From contig JAYZBV010000113.1 of the NCBI GenBank assembly GCA_036338595.1, positions 1 to 64,000 of the forward strand: a stretch of DNA of 64,000 nt. Direction: 5' to 3'. Position 1 is the first letter of the stretch; each line of letters begins with the position of its first letter. This DNA is from Planctomycetota bacterium (GTDB lineage Bacteria; Planctomycetota; UBA8108; UBA1146). Below are positions 39,037 to 48,907 of the stretch, piece after piece. The position numbers and the translations under genes were made by a program. The notes under the pieces are model-generated. The model had not been told where the DNA came from and searched no databases. It saw nothing but the letters and a program-made list of their open reading frames with translations.

Positions 39037-40737
39037 ATGTACAAGACTGGACCCGTGGGCTTTCTGCCTCGTCACTTCATGGTGATCATGCTGCTCTTCT
39101 GTCTTCCAACCCTCTGCGATGCCCAGGGGCTAGAACAGTTGAAGGAAAAGTTCATCCAGGAGAGATCTCTGGATGTGATCGATCGAATCTCCACGATCCA
39201 GCAGATCGGAGAGATGGAAGGCCTGGAAGCCTCGGAGTTCCTGGCAAAGATCATCCGGGATCGGACAGAAGAAACCTCGGTCATCGAATCCTGCGTACGA
39301 CTCGTCGCATTACATGGTCACTCCGTGGGCCTCGAGGCGGTCGTTGAACAGGGGTTTCTGATCCTTCCGCTCCGTTCGTACTGGGTGATCAGGGACTGCT
39401 GGGATCGGGACCTGACCGCGGGTGAGCAGCAGTACCTCGCCCAGAAAGGATTGCTGAAGGTGCCCGGTCTCAAGGTGGAAGCACAGAACATTGTGCTCAC
39501 TCTTGCGGCGAGGGTGACCAGTTCAACTGCTGGCGAATCCGCCGCCAAACTGCTCGGCAATCGTAAGATCCCGGCACATAACCAGGCTCTCATCGTTGAT
39601 CTGCTCCGAATCCACTCGGTGACATCGGTCAACAAGAAGCTCGGCAAGTTGTTTCGGGTCAATGATGCCAAGCTGCAATGCGCTGTGCTCAAGGCGTTGC
39701 AGCAGCTGGAAGCGGAAGATCAGAGCCGCACCTTCCACAGGGCACTCAAGAGCCAGTTCTGGACGGTACGAGCCTGTGCCGTGGACATCTTCGGTGACAC
39801 TCATGATCCAGAGGTGGTCAAGGTGTTGCTGCCAATGCTCAAGGACTCGTTCGTCGAGGTTCAGGTCTCGGCAGTTCAAGCACTGCGAAAGATCGGCGGA
39901 AAGGAAGTCGTCTCTGCCCTCGTCAAACAGATCTCGAAGCAAGAGGGAAGGGTACTGGATGATATCTGCGATACGTTGATCTGGCTGACCGGTCAGGATT
40001 TCGGTCCCAGTAATGTTTCCTGGACGTCGTGGTGGGATCGAGAGGGGGAGGATGCAGAGATCCGTGGCATCTCCCGCGAGGAGTACGAGCGTATTCGAGC
40101 GGAAGCTTCCGACAGCACCACCGGTACTTACTATGGCCTCCGTGTCATCAGCCGGTTCGTGACCTTCATCGTCGATATCTCTGGAAGCATGGAAGAGCCA
40201 TACGAGGTAGACACCCGGAAGTTGCCGGGCGGGAGAATAGGCAGAAGTGGAACTGGTGTCGATGCGGATGCGGAAGGTGGGGGTAACAAGCGGGAGAAAC
40301 TGGCAAAGATCGAGGTGGCACGCCGGGAGTTGCTGAGGGTCCTCGATGGGATTCCAAAAGGAACACAGTTCAACATCATCGCCTTCGAGAGTACCTTCAC
40401 ACCCTGGAGACCAGCGCTGGTCGAGATGGATGACATGATCCGCAGCGACGCCATGGATTATGTAAGAAATCTGGGGCCACGGGGTATGACCAATGTCTAT
40501 GACACATTGATCTCGGCGCTGGACGATCCCGAAGTCAATACCATTTACTTCCTCAGTGATGGTTCGCCTACCATGGGCAAGATCGTCGAACCCGGAGGGA
40601 TTCTGGCAGCGGTTCGAGCTCGTAATGCTGCCCGTAAGGTCAAAATCCATACCATCGGATTTCATCTGGATCCGAAGGCATCGAGTTTGATGCGGTTACT
40701 TGCAGAAGAAAACCACGGCACCTTCGTCGAGAGATGA
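39037..40737 (+). CDS. Secreted HEAT-repeat plus VWA domain protein
   Basis: Signal peptide; HEAT repeats (WTVRACAV, EVQVSAVQALRKIG); LTGQDFG..W..WW; MIDAS DISGSM, TNVYD, LSDGSPT; KIHTIG. Confidence 0.85.
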   Translation: MYKTGPVGFLPRHFMVIMLLFCLPTLCDAQGLEQLKEKFIQERSLDVIDRISTIQQIGEMEGLEASEFLAKIIRDRTEETSVIESCVRLVALHGHSVGLEAVVEQGFLILPLRSYWVIRDCWDRDLTAGEQQYLAQKGLLKVPGLKVEAQNIVLTLAARVTSSTAGESAAKLLGNRKIPAHNQALIVDLLRIHSVTSVNKKLGKLFRVNDAKLQCAVLKALQQLEAEDQSRTFHRALKSQFWTVRACAVDIFGDTHDPEVVKVLLPMLKDSFVEVQVSAVQALRKIGGKEVVSALVKQISKQEGRVLDDICDTLIWLTGQDFGPSNVSWTSWWDREGEDAEIRGISREEYERIRAEASDSTTGTYYGLRVISRFVTFIVDISGSMEEPYEVDTRKLPGGRIGRSGTGVDADAEGGGNKREKLAKIEVARRELLRVLDGIPKGTQFNIIAFESTFTPWRPALVEMDDMIRSDAMDYVRNLGPRGMTNVYDTLISALDDPEVNTIYFLSDGSPTMGKIVEPGGILAAVRARNAARKVKIHTIGFHLDPKASSLMRLLAEENHGTFVER

Positions 40738-40757
40738 GCGGAGGTTCTGGCGTCGGC

Positions 40758-41219
40758 CTAGAAGTAAACCTCGCTACGACACTTCTCATATCGTGCGGCG
40801 AAAACGATGGTGATCAGAAACATCAGCATGGTTCCACCCAGCAACGAGTAGTTCATCGCAGCACCCAGTGCTTCTGGGCTTCCTGCCGAGTTCAACTGGG
40901 TGAGATAATACATTCCTATGCCGAGGAACAGGAACCCGGGGATGGTGGCAGAGATGAAGGCCTTCTTCTCGCTCGCCTTGGCCATGCCAATCCTGGCCAC
41001 TTCACTGGCGTCTGGAATCTGGCCGCTGTGCATGCACACGGGACACGAGGCTGTAGCCGATGAAGTTGCGGGCAAGAATATGAAGTCAGAGTAGCATTCA
41101 CTGCAAACGACAGGAATTCCGCCCGATGCTGGAGGTGCACTGGCAAGTCTCGGAGTGCTCCTCTTGCTGGAACCGCCTCGTCGAGATTTCCTTGCTGCGG
41201 GTTTTTTTCTCTTGGCCAT
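40758..41219 (-). CDS. Small membrane protein with basic N-terminus and zinc-ribbon-like motif
   Basis: CSEC...CPVC followed by two TM helices. Confidence 0.65.
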   Translation of the reverse strand: MAKRKKPAARKSRRGGSSKRSTPRLASAPPASGGIPVVCSECYSDFIFLPATSSATASCPVCMHSGQIPDASEVARIGMAKASEKKAFISATIPGFLFLGIGMYYLTQLNSAGSPEALGAAMNYSLLGGTMLMFLITIVFAARYEKCRSEVYF

Positions 41220-41251
41220 CGGATCCTCTCGGGGTCAGTCAGGGATGTAAA

Positions 41252-41279
41252 ATCCTAGCAAGAGAAGATGTGGGGTCAA
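41252..41279 (-). promoter_or_regulatory. Putative sigma70 promoter for CDS 40758-41219
   Basis: Minus strand TTGACC-16 nt-TAGGAT about 30 nt upstream of the ATG. Confidence 0.5.
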
Positions 41280-41331
41280 GGGCACGAAGAGGCCAGTTTG
41301 AGGTGCCGGAGACCGATTCGTCCCGTTCCGC

Positions 41332-42357
41332 TCAGGCCAGGTGATCCAGGGGGCCCGCTACTTTGCCCGAATCGAGCAGGTGGCCGGGAGATCCCTCGAG
41401 TAAGGGGGATTCTGGAGCCCCTCGTTTATCCCGGCGCCGATCAAATTGTCCCCTCGATCCGGGATGTCCTCGGGGTGGTCGAGGCGACCCCTGTGGCCGA
41501 AGACGCGGCTTGTCTCCCGGCTCGGAATCCCCATCGACCCTGCCACCGCCACCAGGGCGAGCAGGTCTTCGGGGCCCCTGATCGCGGCCTCCCTGGCGCA
41601 ATCGGCGTTTCATGCGCGCCTCCTTGCCTTTGCGCAGCAACTTTCGAATCTGGTCCAGTTCCCCCGGATCGAGATGATCGATCGCTTCGATCAGGCGGTG
41701 TGGGCCACCCTGTTGAGTATCCTCCTCGATCCTTCCCGTCTCGATAAAGTGGCTCATCTGATCTCGATCCAGATGCCTGGCCAGATGCATGACACGGTGA
41801 GCAGCCCTGGATAGGGAAAGGGATTGATGCAACTTTCGACGCAGTAGCATCTCTCGTCGGCCGCCCTCTGGCAATTTCTCGATCTGCTTGCGTTCAGAAT
41901 CAGACAACTTCGAGACCATCTGGTCCATCCGGTCACTGATCTGTTGATCCAGAAAGGAACGACGCTCTTTTGGTGCCAATGCCTGGAAGCGCTTTCTGTC
42001 TTCCGGCTCCAGTTGGAAATCCCACAGTTGAAAAGCCGTGCGCCTGCGGCGGACATCCTTGCGGTGCTCTGCGGAGGAGTTCATGAATTTATGTAATCTC
42101 TGGATCAACTTCTTGGAGTCCTCCGGCGGCAGCTCCCTCAATCGCTGGATCAATTGTTTCCTTTGAGTTTCCGGGACAGCATTCAACGCCTTGTGGATGC
42201 GCACCAGTTCACGTCGTTTCTCGACGGAAAGAGCATGCCAGCGCTCGCGAGCGCTGATCTCTGTGGCGGCGTCATCGCGGACCTGTCCCGACAGGGTCAG
42301 TGGAAGTGTCGTTGCGGCGAAGACCAGCAGCAGGAATGCCAGAGTGACGAGTCTCAT
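41332..42357 (-). CDS. Exported helical protein (DUF3106/Spy-CpxP-like) with Arg/Pro/Gly-rich tail
   Basis: Signal peptide; repeated W..LS.E.R / L.PE.R helices; third gene of the ECF module. Confidence 0.6.
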   Translation of the reverse strand: MRLVTLAFLLLVFAATTLPLTLSGQVRDDAATEISARERWHALSVEKRRELVRIHKALNAVPETQRKQLIQRLRELPPEDSKKLIQRLHKFMNSSAEHRKDVRRRRTAFQLWDFQLEPEDRKRFQALAPKERRSFLDQQISDRMDQMVSKLSDSERKQIEKLPEGGRREMLLRRKLHQSLSLSRAAHRVMHLARHLDRDQMSHFIETGRIEEDTQQGGPHRLIEAIDHLDPGELDQIRKLLRKGKEARMKRRLRQGGRDQGPRRPARPGGGGRVDGDSEPGDKPRLRPQGSPRPPRGHPGSRGQFDRRRDKRGAPESPLLEGSPGHLLDSGKVAGPLDHLA

Positions 42358-42782
42358 CGATCCTCCTCATCCTGACTGACCAGCAGTTCGAGCGGCAACT
42401 CGGCAAGTGCGATGTCAAACCCCTCCACGGTGTCGAAGTGGGAGGGAGCCAGAGCTGCGACCATCTTCGGATCGAAGTCGGAGAGGAGTTCGAGAACATC
42501 CAGCTGCTCGAGCAACTCAGGACCTGGATTCATGACAAGAGAGTTTTCCGGCGATGGACCGGGGTTTTCAGAGGGCGGGGAAGACTGCCAGATCAGGGTG
42601 ATCACCAGCAGGGCAGCCGCTGCAGCAGAGATCGCCCTCCAGCGCCTCTGTCGCATACGGATTCGATGACGTAGCCGACTCAGGAAAGCGACGGAATCGA
42701 CGCTGATCCGAGACTCCGCTCTGGCCGCTTCATCCAGAAGCGACTGGAGAGGTTTGCTGACTTCATGATCGTCTTCGTGCAT
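42354..42782 (-). CDS. Putative single-pass anti-sigma factor
   Basis: FLSRLRHRI + TM SAAAAALLVITLIW; ELLEQLDVLELL; downstream of the ECF sigma; ATG 42782 with GGAGG. Confidence 0.65.
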   Translation of the reverse strand: MHEDDHEVSKPLQSLLDEAARAESRISVDSVAFLSRLRHRIRMRQRRWRAISAAAAALLVITLIWQSSPPSENPGPSPENSLVMNPGPELLEQLDVLELLSDFDPKMVAALAPSHFDTVEGFDIALAELPLELLVSQDEEDR

Positions 42783-42832
42783 CCGGCCTCCTGATCCCCA
42801 CGGCAAGAAGCAATGGGGTGGGTTTCGATGAA

Positions 42833-43435
42833 TCAAGATTCATCAGTTCTGCCATCGTTCATGTAGTTCTCCAGTTCTGAAAGCAATTTTCTCCTGGCTC
42901 TGAACAGAACCGATTTTGTCGCAGGAACCGTCAACCCGAGAGTTTCTGCAATACGGGTTACGGACCATCCTTCAAAGTTCTGCAACAGGATCGCTTGGCG
43001 AGCTGGTTCTTCAAGGCGCTCGATCGCTTCCTGAACTGCTTTCACACGCTCACCCTGTAGCAGGCCCTGGGATGGATCGATGGATCTGTCGGACCCTCCG
43101 ACCCAGTCGACTCCGACAATGGCATCGGGATCGCTCGAGAGAGAGGAGCGAGGTTTCCAGCGCTTTCTGGTACGAGTTCGCAATTCGTTGAGTGCAATCC
43201 TTGTCGTCATCTTGGAAATCCAACCTCTGAAAGAGATGGCTTCTCGGAAACGATCACGAGATTTCCAGATCCTGAGAAATACATCCTGTGCGACATCCTC
43301 TGCACCTGCGAGATCCTTGACATACCGTCTGGCCTGGCGAACCACTGCATCGAGGTTCCGTTCGACGAGCATGTCGAACGCGGAGGTATCTCCCCCCTGG
43401 AAGCGACGCATCAATTCTTCATCGTCTACTTCCAT
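42833..43435 (-). CDS. ECF RNA polymerase sigma factor
   Basis: DEELM..FQGGDTSAF, AEDVAQDVFLRIW, FRGWI, EGWSVTRIAETLG, KSVLFRAR. Confidence 0.93.
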   Translation of the reverse strand: MEVDDEELMRRFQGGDTSAFDMLVERNLDAVVRQARRYVKDLAGAEDVAQDVFLRIWKSRDRFREAISFRGWISKMTTRIALNELRTRTRKRWKPRSSLSSDPDAIVGVDWVGGSDRSIDPSQGLLQGERVKAVQEAIERLEEPARQAILLQNFEGWSVTRIAETLGLTVPATKSVLFRARRKLLSELENYMNDGRTDES

Positions 43436-43544
43436 GCGGTGGGCGCTCCGACTTCATCATGACAACCCCGGGAATACCCCCAGGTCGCCTGGAAAAGGTG
43501 TATTCTGGCCTTGAGGGCCCGATTTTCCCAGGTAGGAGCCTCAA

Positions 43545-44636
43545 TTGCCCAGTAGACCTCAAGAATCAAGGCCTATCGACTTCCGGCCCACGGGGGAGCC
43601 GGTTCCATCGGTTTGCCTCTCCGCGGTCGATGACGCGGCCAGCATCATCGATGTGAGGTCGCCAGGGGAATTTGAAATCGATCATATTCCAGAATCGAAC
43701 AATGTTCCGCTGCTCGATGATGAGGAGCGAAGCACAGCCGGGTCCATCTACCGCAGCGAGGGCCAGGAGACGGCCCAGCAATGGGCGCTCCTGAGACTCT
43801 CATCTCGCCTCGAGAACTTTTTTTGCGCGCTGAAACAACAGGTCGGTGCCAGGACCCATCCGGTGATCTGCTGTGCACGAGGAGGCGCACGATCCGCTCA
43901 TGTGGTCCAGTTCCTGATCGGTCGCGGAATCGAGGCGAGGCAACTCGAAGGGGGCTACCGATCTTTCAGGCAGGGGGTCCGAGAAAACCTATCGACCTGT
44001 ACCCTGGCGAATCTGTTTGTTCTCGATGGGTACACGGGTGTCGGCAAGACGCGACTGTTACAGCGCATCGATGCCAGTCATCCTGGCCGGGTACTCGACC
44101 TGGAACAATACGCAGGCCATCGCTCATCTGTACTGGGAGACATCGGATTGAATCCGACCAGTCAAAAGTGCTTCGAGAGCCATCTGGTGGCCGCTCTCGT
44201 TGGACTCGATCCAGAATCACCCTGGTACCTGATCGAGGGCGAGAGTCGCAAGGTCGGCGACCGTCAGATTCCCCAGGCGCTCTGGGATCGGATGAGTCAA
44301 GCTCCCAGGATCGAGTTGATGGCAGGTCTCGAGAGGCGTGCTCGGATGTTGGTCGAGGACTACACGACCGATGCTGGTTGGCAGCCGGTCATCGATCGGA
44401 TCGAGACACTGCGCGGTTACGACAAGTTGGGAATCGGTGGTGTCGAGCGTGTGCAGGAGCTGCTGAGGGGGGGCCAGGCCATCGAAGCGGCAACCTATCT
44501 GCTGCAACACCATTACGACCCGAGGTACCGACATGGCGGCCAGCAGAAGCAGTTCCTGTTCGCCATCGAGAACCTGGAGACAGCGGCAGCGGCGCAGGAA
44601 CTGGTGAACCGGTTGGACCAGATGGTGGCCAGCTAG
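43545..44636 (+). CDS. mnmH: tRNA 2-selenouridine(34) synthase
   Basis: Rhodanese domain DVRSPGEF..DHIP, CARGGARS, LEGGY; P-loop GYTGVGKT; DLEQYAGHRSSVLG; EGESRKVG; HYDPRY. Confidence 0.92.
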   Translation: MPSRPQESRPIDFRPTGEPVPSVCLSAVDDAASIIDVRSPGEFEIDHIPESNNVPLLDDEERSTAGSIYRSEGQETAQQWALLRLSSRLENFFCALKQQVGARTHPVICCARGGARSAHVVQFLIGRGIEARQLEGGYRSFRQGVRENLSTCTLANLFVLDGYTGVGKTRLLQRIDASHPGRVLDLEQYAGHRSSVLGDIGLNPTSQKCFESHLVAALVGLDPESPWYLIEGESRKVGDRQIPQALWDRMSQAPRIELMAGLERRARMLVEDYTTDAGWQPVIDRIETLRGYDKLGIGGVERVQELLRGGQAIEAATYLLQHHYDPRYRHGGQQKQFLFAIENLETAAAAQELVNRLDQMVAS

Positions 44637-44637
44637 A

Positions 44638-45387
44638 TCAGTCTGGGCGCGGCGCATCTGGCGAGAATTGACCATGGATCAGGAAGTGAATGATCTCCTG
44701 CTGTGTTCTCGCCCTCCAGAACACGAACGTGTGAGACCCTGGAAGTACGATCCGGTCCATCGCTCCCGCCAGTTCCGTACTCTCGATGGGCACCATGGCA
44801 TCGCTTTTTGCTGCAATCACACCGGTTTGAGCCCCTGGCACATTTCCCGCCGGAATCGGGCCGCCGTCTCGATTTGAGAGTTCCTCGAGCGAGAGGATCC
44901 AGGGGCCCACCAGGCCCTCAAAGGCCTTCGCTACGGGTGAGCCGCGATTGGGGGGGGAAATCTGGACGACTCTTCCTATTCCTGGAATCGCCGGGCTGGT
45001 GGCCTTGACGGCAATCACGGCCCCGAGACTGTGGCCGATGACATGAAGGGGTACATCGGGTTCCTGATCGACCTGCTCCAGCAGGTATTCTCGCAACTCC
45101 GTGGCCAGCGTTTCTACCGTCTGTTGAGTCGATGTATAGCGGTACTCGATCACATCGAAGCCAGCATTCCGGAGTGCCGGATGTAAGGGGCGCATCGCTC
45201 GCTGGGTGCGAAACAGGCCGTGAACCACCAGTACTCGCTGTCTGCTCGAAACTTCCAGCATCGTATCCTCCACGAGGTCCGGCAAACTGTTACACCCGGA
45301 CACGATCACCAGCAGCCATAATACACAACTGGCGAGGGTCAACCGAAGATGATTGCTGTACCGATGTGACACTGGAATTGGCGTCAT
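44638..45387 (-). CDS. Alpha/beta hydrolase lipoprotein (esterase/lipase-like)
   Basis: Lipobox VSGC; VHGL oxyanion motif; GHSLG nucleophile elbow; PPNRGS; SHTF; ATG 45387 after GGAGG. Confidence 0.82.
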   Translation of the reverse strand: MTPIPVSHRYSNHLRLTLASCVLWLLVIVSGCNSLPDLVEDTMLEVSSRQRVLVVHGLFRTQRAMRPLHPALRNAGFDVIEYRYTSTQQTVETLATELREYLLEQVDQEPDVPLHVIGHSLGAVIAVKATSPAIPGIGRVVQISPPNRGSPVAKAFEGLVGPWILSLEELSNRDGGPIPAGNVPGAQTGVIAAKSDAMVPIESTELAGAMDRIVLPGSHTFVFWRARTQQEIIHFLIHGQFSPDAPRPD

Positions 45388-45487
45388 AGTCCTCCGGATA
45401 ACCAGCATCCCCGCATGGCACTCTCTCAACAAGTGGCGATCCGATTGAGGGGCACACATCGAGTGCTTCCGTCCCTTGAATGAAGTG

Positions 45488-45518
45488 AGGGGTGCTCGAA
45501 CAGAGTTCGGGCACCCCT
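45488..45518 (-). terminator. Hairpin downstream of tRNA-Ala (probable terminator or processing stem)
   Basis: AGGGGTGCTCGAAC-aga-GTTCGGGCACCCCT inverted repeat; only a weak U-tract. Confidence 0.5.
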
Positions 45519-45526
45519 GGAAATTC

Positions 45527-45602
45527 TGGTGGACCTGAGGGGGATCGAACCCCTGACCTCTGCATTGCGAACGCAGCGCTCTCCCATCTGAGCTACAGGC
45601 CC
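45527..45602 (-). tRNA. tRNA-Ala(CGC)
   Basis: GGGCCTG/CAGGTCC acceptor with G3:U70; CTGCG-TT CGC AA-TGCAG; encoded CCA. Confidence 0.97.
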
Positions 45603-45637
45603 ATTTTCTGTATTGTGCAAGCGCCCACTCGCCATCG

Positions 45638-45721
45638 TGCCGATAGGCTAGGACTCCCTGCCGATAGGCTAGGACTCCCTGCCGATAGGCTAGGACTCCC
45701 TGCCGATAGGCTAGGACTCCC
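45638..45721. repeat. Perfect tandem repeat, 4 x 21 bp (TGCCGATAGGCTAGGACTCCC)
   Basis: Identical units at 45638, 45659, 45680 and 45701 with no spacers. Confidence 0.97.
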
Positions 45722-45769
45722 AGACGGGCCCTTCACCTTATAGAGAGGAGGCGCGTCGACCTCAAGAGA

Positions 45770-46813
45770 TTACGAGGATGTCGATGAGTCGGTTTGCTGT
45801 TTCAACTGATGTTCCAGGTCACGGATCCGCTGACGCAATTCAGGCAATTGAGACATGATTCCGAAGATCTTGCGCATCTGTCGTGCGTCGTCAGCGGGGA
45901 TCCCCATCAGCAGTTGCTGTCCATCAAAACTGCGCATGATGGCAGATTTGGCTGCGACCCGGGTCCTGTCTCCGACCTCGATGTGTCCGATCATTCCACT
46001 CTGGCCACCGAACTCACAGCCGTCACCGATCGTGGAAGAGCCAGCAATACCGACCTGAGCTGCGAAGTAGCATCCGGATCCCACATCTACATTGTGAGCG
46101 ATATGTACCAGGTTATCGATCTTGCTTCCTTCTCCGATGGAAGTGTCCTCGAGCGCACCGCGATCGATGGTGCAGTTGCAGCCAATCTCGACATCTCGTC
46201 CGATCACGACACCTCCCCGGTGGGGGATCTTTCTGGGTCCGTCCTCGCCGGAAGCGTATCCGAAACCATCTCCGCCGATCACGCTGCCGGCGTGAATCGT
46301 TGTGCCGTCACCGATGGTTGTGCCCGCATAGATGACAACATTGGAATGCAGCACGACACCCGCACCGATACTGGAGGGGCCGAGGATCACGACACCGGGG
46401 TGAATCACAGCTTCCGCACTGATCTCCACGGCAGCATCGATGAATGCACCAGGAGCGATCGAGACTTCTCCTTCGATGGTGGCATCTGCATGGATCTGAG
46501 CATTGTCGCTGATGCCAGAAAAGGGTGGATCAGGTTCCGGATGCAGCAACAAGATGGCCCTGGCAAAAGCACTGTTGGAATTGTCATGTCGGATGATGGC
46601 TGGAACATCGCCCAGATGTTCTGAAGTTCTCTGCGCCCCGACGATGACAGCCGAGGCGGCGATTCCGTCAGGAATCGGGCGGTCATCGGCGATCCAGGCC
46701 AGATCACCATCTCCGGCGCTTTCTGGCGGCTGGACCCGATGGAGCACGATGTCCGGCTGGCCTTCGAGTTCGCCGCCGATCCTGTCGGCAATCTCCTGCG
46801 CTTCCATCGTCAT
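45770..46813 (-). CDS. lpxD: UDP-3-O-acylglucosamine N-acyltransferase
   Basis: Hexapeptide repeats; [41 protein letters not shown]. Confidence 0.96.
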   Translation of the reverse strand: MTMEAQEIADRIGGELEGQPDIVLHRVQPPESAGDGDLAWIADDRPIPDGIAASAVIVGAQRTSEHLGDVPAIIRHDNSNSAFARAILLLHPEPDPPFSGISDNAQIHADATIEGEVSIAPGAFIDAAVEISAEAVIHPGVVILGPSSIGAGVVLHSNVVIYAGTTIGDGTTIHAGSVIGGDGFGYASGEDGPRKIPHRGGVVIGRDVEIGCNCTIDRGALEDTSIGEGSKIDNLVHIAHNVDVGSGCYFAAQVGIAGSSTIGDGCEFGGQSGMIGHIEVGDRTRVAAKSAIMRSFDGQQLLMGIPADDARQMRKIFGIMSQLPELRQRIRDLEHQLKQQTDSSTSS

Positions 46814-47937
46814 CAGTTGCTCCGTATCCGAATCACGCCGAGTAGGTCGACCACAAGAGGCTCGCTCTCACCGGTATCGAGAGTCAGACTCAACTTACCA
46901 TAGATACCACCAGCAGTTGTTGGGAATGGATCTGCGATGTAAGCGCGTATCTCGACACTTCCATCCTCCTGCGGTTTGGTCGAGAAGGAAATGTCCAGGC
47001 CAGCTGGATTTCGGGTCAGTTCGAGCTGGGACCCGAGAACCTTCAGCGGTTTCCCATCCGCTCTTCGCAACTTCAATGTGCTTTCGGCGAATCCACTCTG
47101 ACTGACCTGATTCAGGTTCCATGACTGAGGTTGGTGAACAATCAGCCCGAAGGCACGTCCTCGAATGGGCATGACGAAGGGCAGACCATTGCAAAGGCCC
47201 TCGATCTGGCCCACGAAGCGCCCTCGTGCAATTCCCGCTGTGGCGGTCACTTCGATGCGCGCCCGACTTCCCTTCGGCTCGAGGAGCCTGACTTTGAAGT
47301 GCTGGGCGCTGCTCTTCAGATTCTCTATCGATGGGGGCTCGGTCGTGCCGCTCTGCGTCAGTTCAAGGATCCGAGAGGACTCTGCAATCGGGCCAGCGGT
47401 GGAGGTCGCCAGCACGAGATCGCGACTCGAGGGCCTCACAGATGGGTGGAAGTTTGCCTGTACAGGTAGCCGTACCACCGGCAGGTTCCCTACCAGCACC
47501 TCGACCTTCTTGGAGAAGTCGCCCCAGCCCCGTCCAAGACTCAGGTCGAACTGGAAGTTGCGCTTTTCCCCGGGACCCAGCGGTGTACGGACATCGTGAG
47601 GGCGCATCTTGATACAGCCACAACTGGGACGGATCGAAGAGATCTTGACGGGCTCCTTGGTCATGTTGACGATCTGGAACTCCAGCAATCGCTTGCCGCC
47701 ATGTCCGACCCTGCCCAGGTCGATGCTGGTCGGTTGGAGTGCGAGACTACTACTGGACGATTGAGCCTCGAGGATCGAGCCCAGAGGTACCAGCAAGACG
47801 AGCATCGTGGCGAGGATCCAGTTCCGTGCGGATCCGGGTTGACGGGTCGAGTTGCATCGCATCGCTGGGATCTCCTTGATCACATTGTAACCGCCACGAA
47901 GTTCCTGTGGTGGGGATCTGGTGCTGGCTGCTGGCAT
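46813..47937 (-). CDS. DUF1573-like exported Ig-fold protein (start uncertain)
   Basis: Hydrophobic signal; IDLG.V, F.IVN, RPSCGC, LGPGE, FSKKV. Confidence 0.65.
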   Translation of the reverse strand: MPAASTRSPPQELRGGYNVIKEIPAMRCNSTRQPGSARNWILATMLVLLVPLGSILEAQSSSSSLALQPTSIDLGRVGHGGKRLLEFQIVNMTKEPVKISSIRPSCGCIKMRPHDVRTPLGPGEKRNFQFDLSLGRGWGDFSKKVEVLVGNLPVVRLPVQANFHPSVRPSSRDLVLATSTAGPIAESSRILELTQSGTTEPPSIENLKSSAQHFKVRLLEPKGSRARIEVTATAGIARGRFVGQIEGLCNGLPFVMPIRGRAFGLIVHQPQSWNLNQVSQSGFAESTLKLRRADGKPLKVLGSQLELTRNPAGLDISFSTKPQEDGSVEIRAYIADPFPTTAGGIYGKLSLTLDTGESEPLVVDLLGVIRIRSN

Positions 47938-47994
47938 GATCTATTTTCGGGGAAAATTGCAATGCACAGCGGTTGAGAGCGAGTAGGGGGAGAA

Positions 47995-48633
47995 ATGGCA
48001 GCCAGCACCATCGAGCAAGTCTGGGGGATTCCGCGCGAGGCGATGCTCCAGCAGGTCGGAGATTTCCAGGGATTCAGGGCGGATCCCGCGGATTTGCTGG
48101 CGCGTTGTCGTGATCTGGAGCCGCACGGGTCGTTTCGTCCACGCGATCAGGTCGAAGATGATCCGCACTGGAAACAGGTGATTCCGTACCTCGTGCTACG
48201 CCATCGAGACCGGGTGCTTCGTCTGCGTCGCCTTTCGACCCAGGGAGAGTCTCGGCTGCATCACCGGATTTCCATCGGTGTGGGAGGTCATGTCAATCCC
48301 GAGCCGGCGGGTCCAGAACCGCTCCTGATGCGCGGCATGAGGAGAGAACTGGCAGAGGAGGTTCGGCTGCTTCGCGCTCCCGGCCAGTTTCGATTGCTCG
48401 GCTGGATCAATGACGATGCGACAGATGTAGGACAGGTTCACCTGGGCCTGGCGATCGAGGCGACACTGGACCACCCGGCGCAGATCAGAGAGACGGACCG
48501 GATGGAGGGCCTGTGGCTGCCTCTGACGCAACTCTGTGCCACGGATCCTGCCTGGGAATCCTGGTCAGCACTGCTGATCCCCGTACTGGAACCCCATGAG
48601 CATGATCCGGCGGGTTCCAAAGCTTTGTCCTGA
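47995..48633 (+). CDS. Predicted NUDIX-family phosphoesterase (COG4112-like)
   Basis: EDDPHWKQVIPY, GESRLH..SIGVGGHVN, GMRRELAEEV, INDD...VGQVHLG, ESWS. Confidence 0.85.
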   Translation: MAASTIEQVWGIPREAMLQQVGDFQGFRADPADLLARCRDLEPHGSFRPRDQVEDDPHWKQVIPYLVLRHRDRVLRLRRLSTQGESRLHHRISIGVGGHVNPEPAGPEPLLMRGMRRELAEEVRLLRAPGQFRLLGWINDDATDVGQVHLGLAIEATLDHPAQIRETDRMEGLWLPLTQLCATDPAWESWSALLIPVLEPHEHDPAGSKALS

Positions 48634-48649
48634 AACCACTCCGGCTCGA

Positions 48650-48679
48650 TTGACGCTCCATCCGGTGCGGGGCTAGAAT
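48650..48679 (+). promoter_or_regulatory. Putative sigma70 promoter of tRNA-Gln-glmU-prs
   Basis: TTGACG(48650-55)-18 nt-TAGAAT(48674-79). Confidence 0.65.
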
Positions 48680-48744
48680 CAACCAGCGACGAGCAGGCGA
48701 CCCTTCGTTGGAGGGAAGTCCTCGTTCAGGGTAACGACTGTTGC

Positions 48745-48819
48745 TACCCGGTGGTGTAATTGGCAACACAACTGGTTTTGGTCCAGTCATTCGAGGTTCG
48801 AGTCCTCGCCGGGTAGCCA
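48745..48819 (+). tRNA. tRNA-Gln(TTG)
   Basis: TACCCGG/CCGGGTA acceptor; ACTGG-TT TTG GT-CCAGT; GGTTCGAGTCC; encoded CCA. Confidence 0.97.
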
Positions 48820-48907
48820 TTCTTAGTCACGACCAGTGGGCGCACGTATCGCAATAAAATCTGCACCCATCACCAGCCGGATGGTGCAGCAGGACAGGAA
48901 TGCTTCG

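Noticed and set aside
45638..45721. The 21-bp repeats as a CRISPR array
   Set aside because: Units are directly adjacent with no spacers, and there are no cas genes in the window.
45492..45743. ORF with ADRLGLP repeats
   Set aside because: It is a translation of the tRNA-Ala antisense strand plus the 21-bp tandem repeat.
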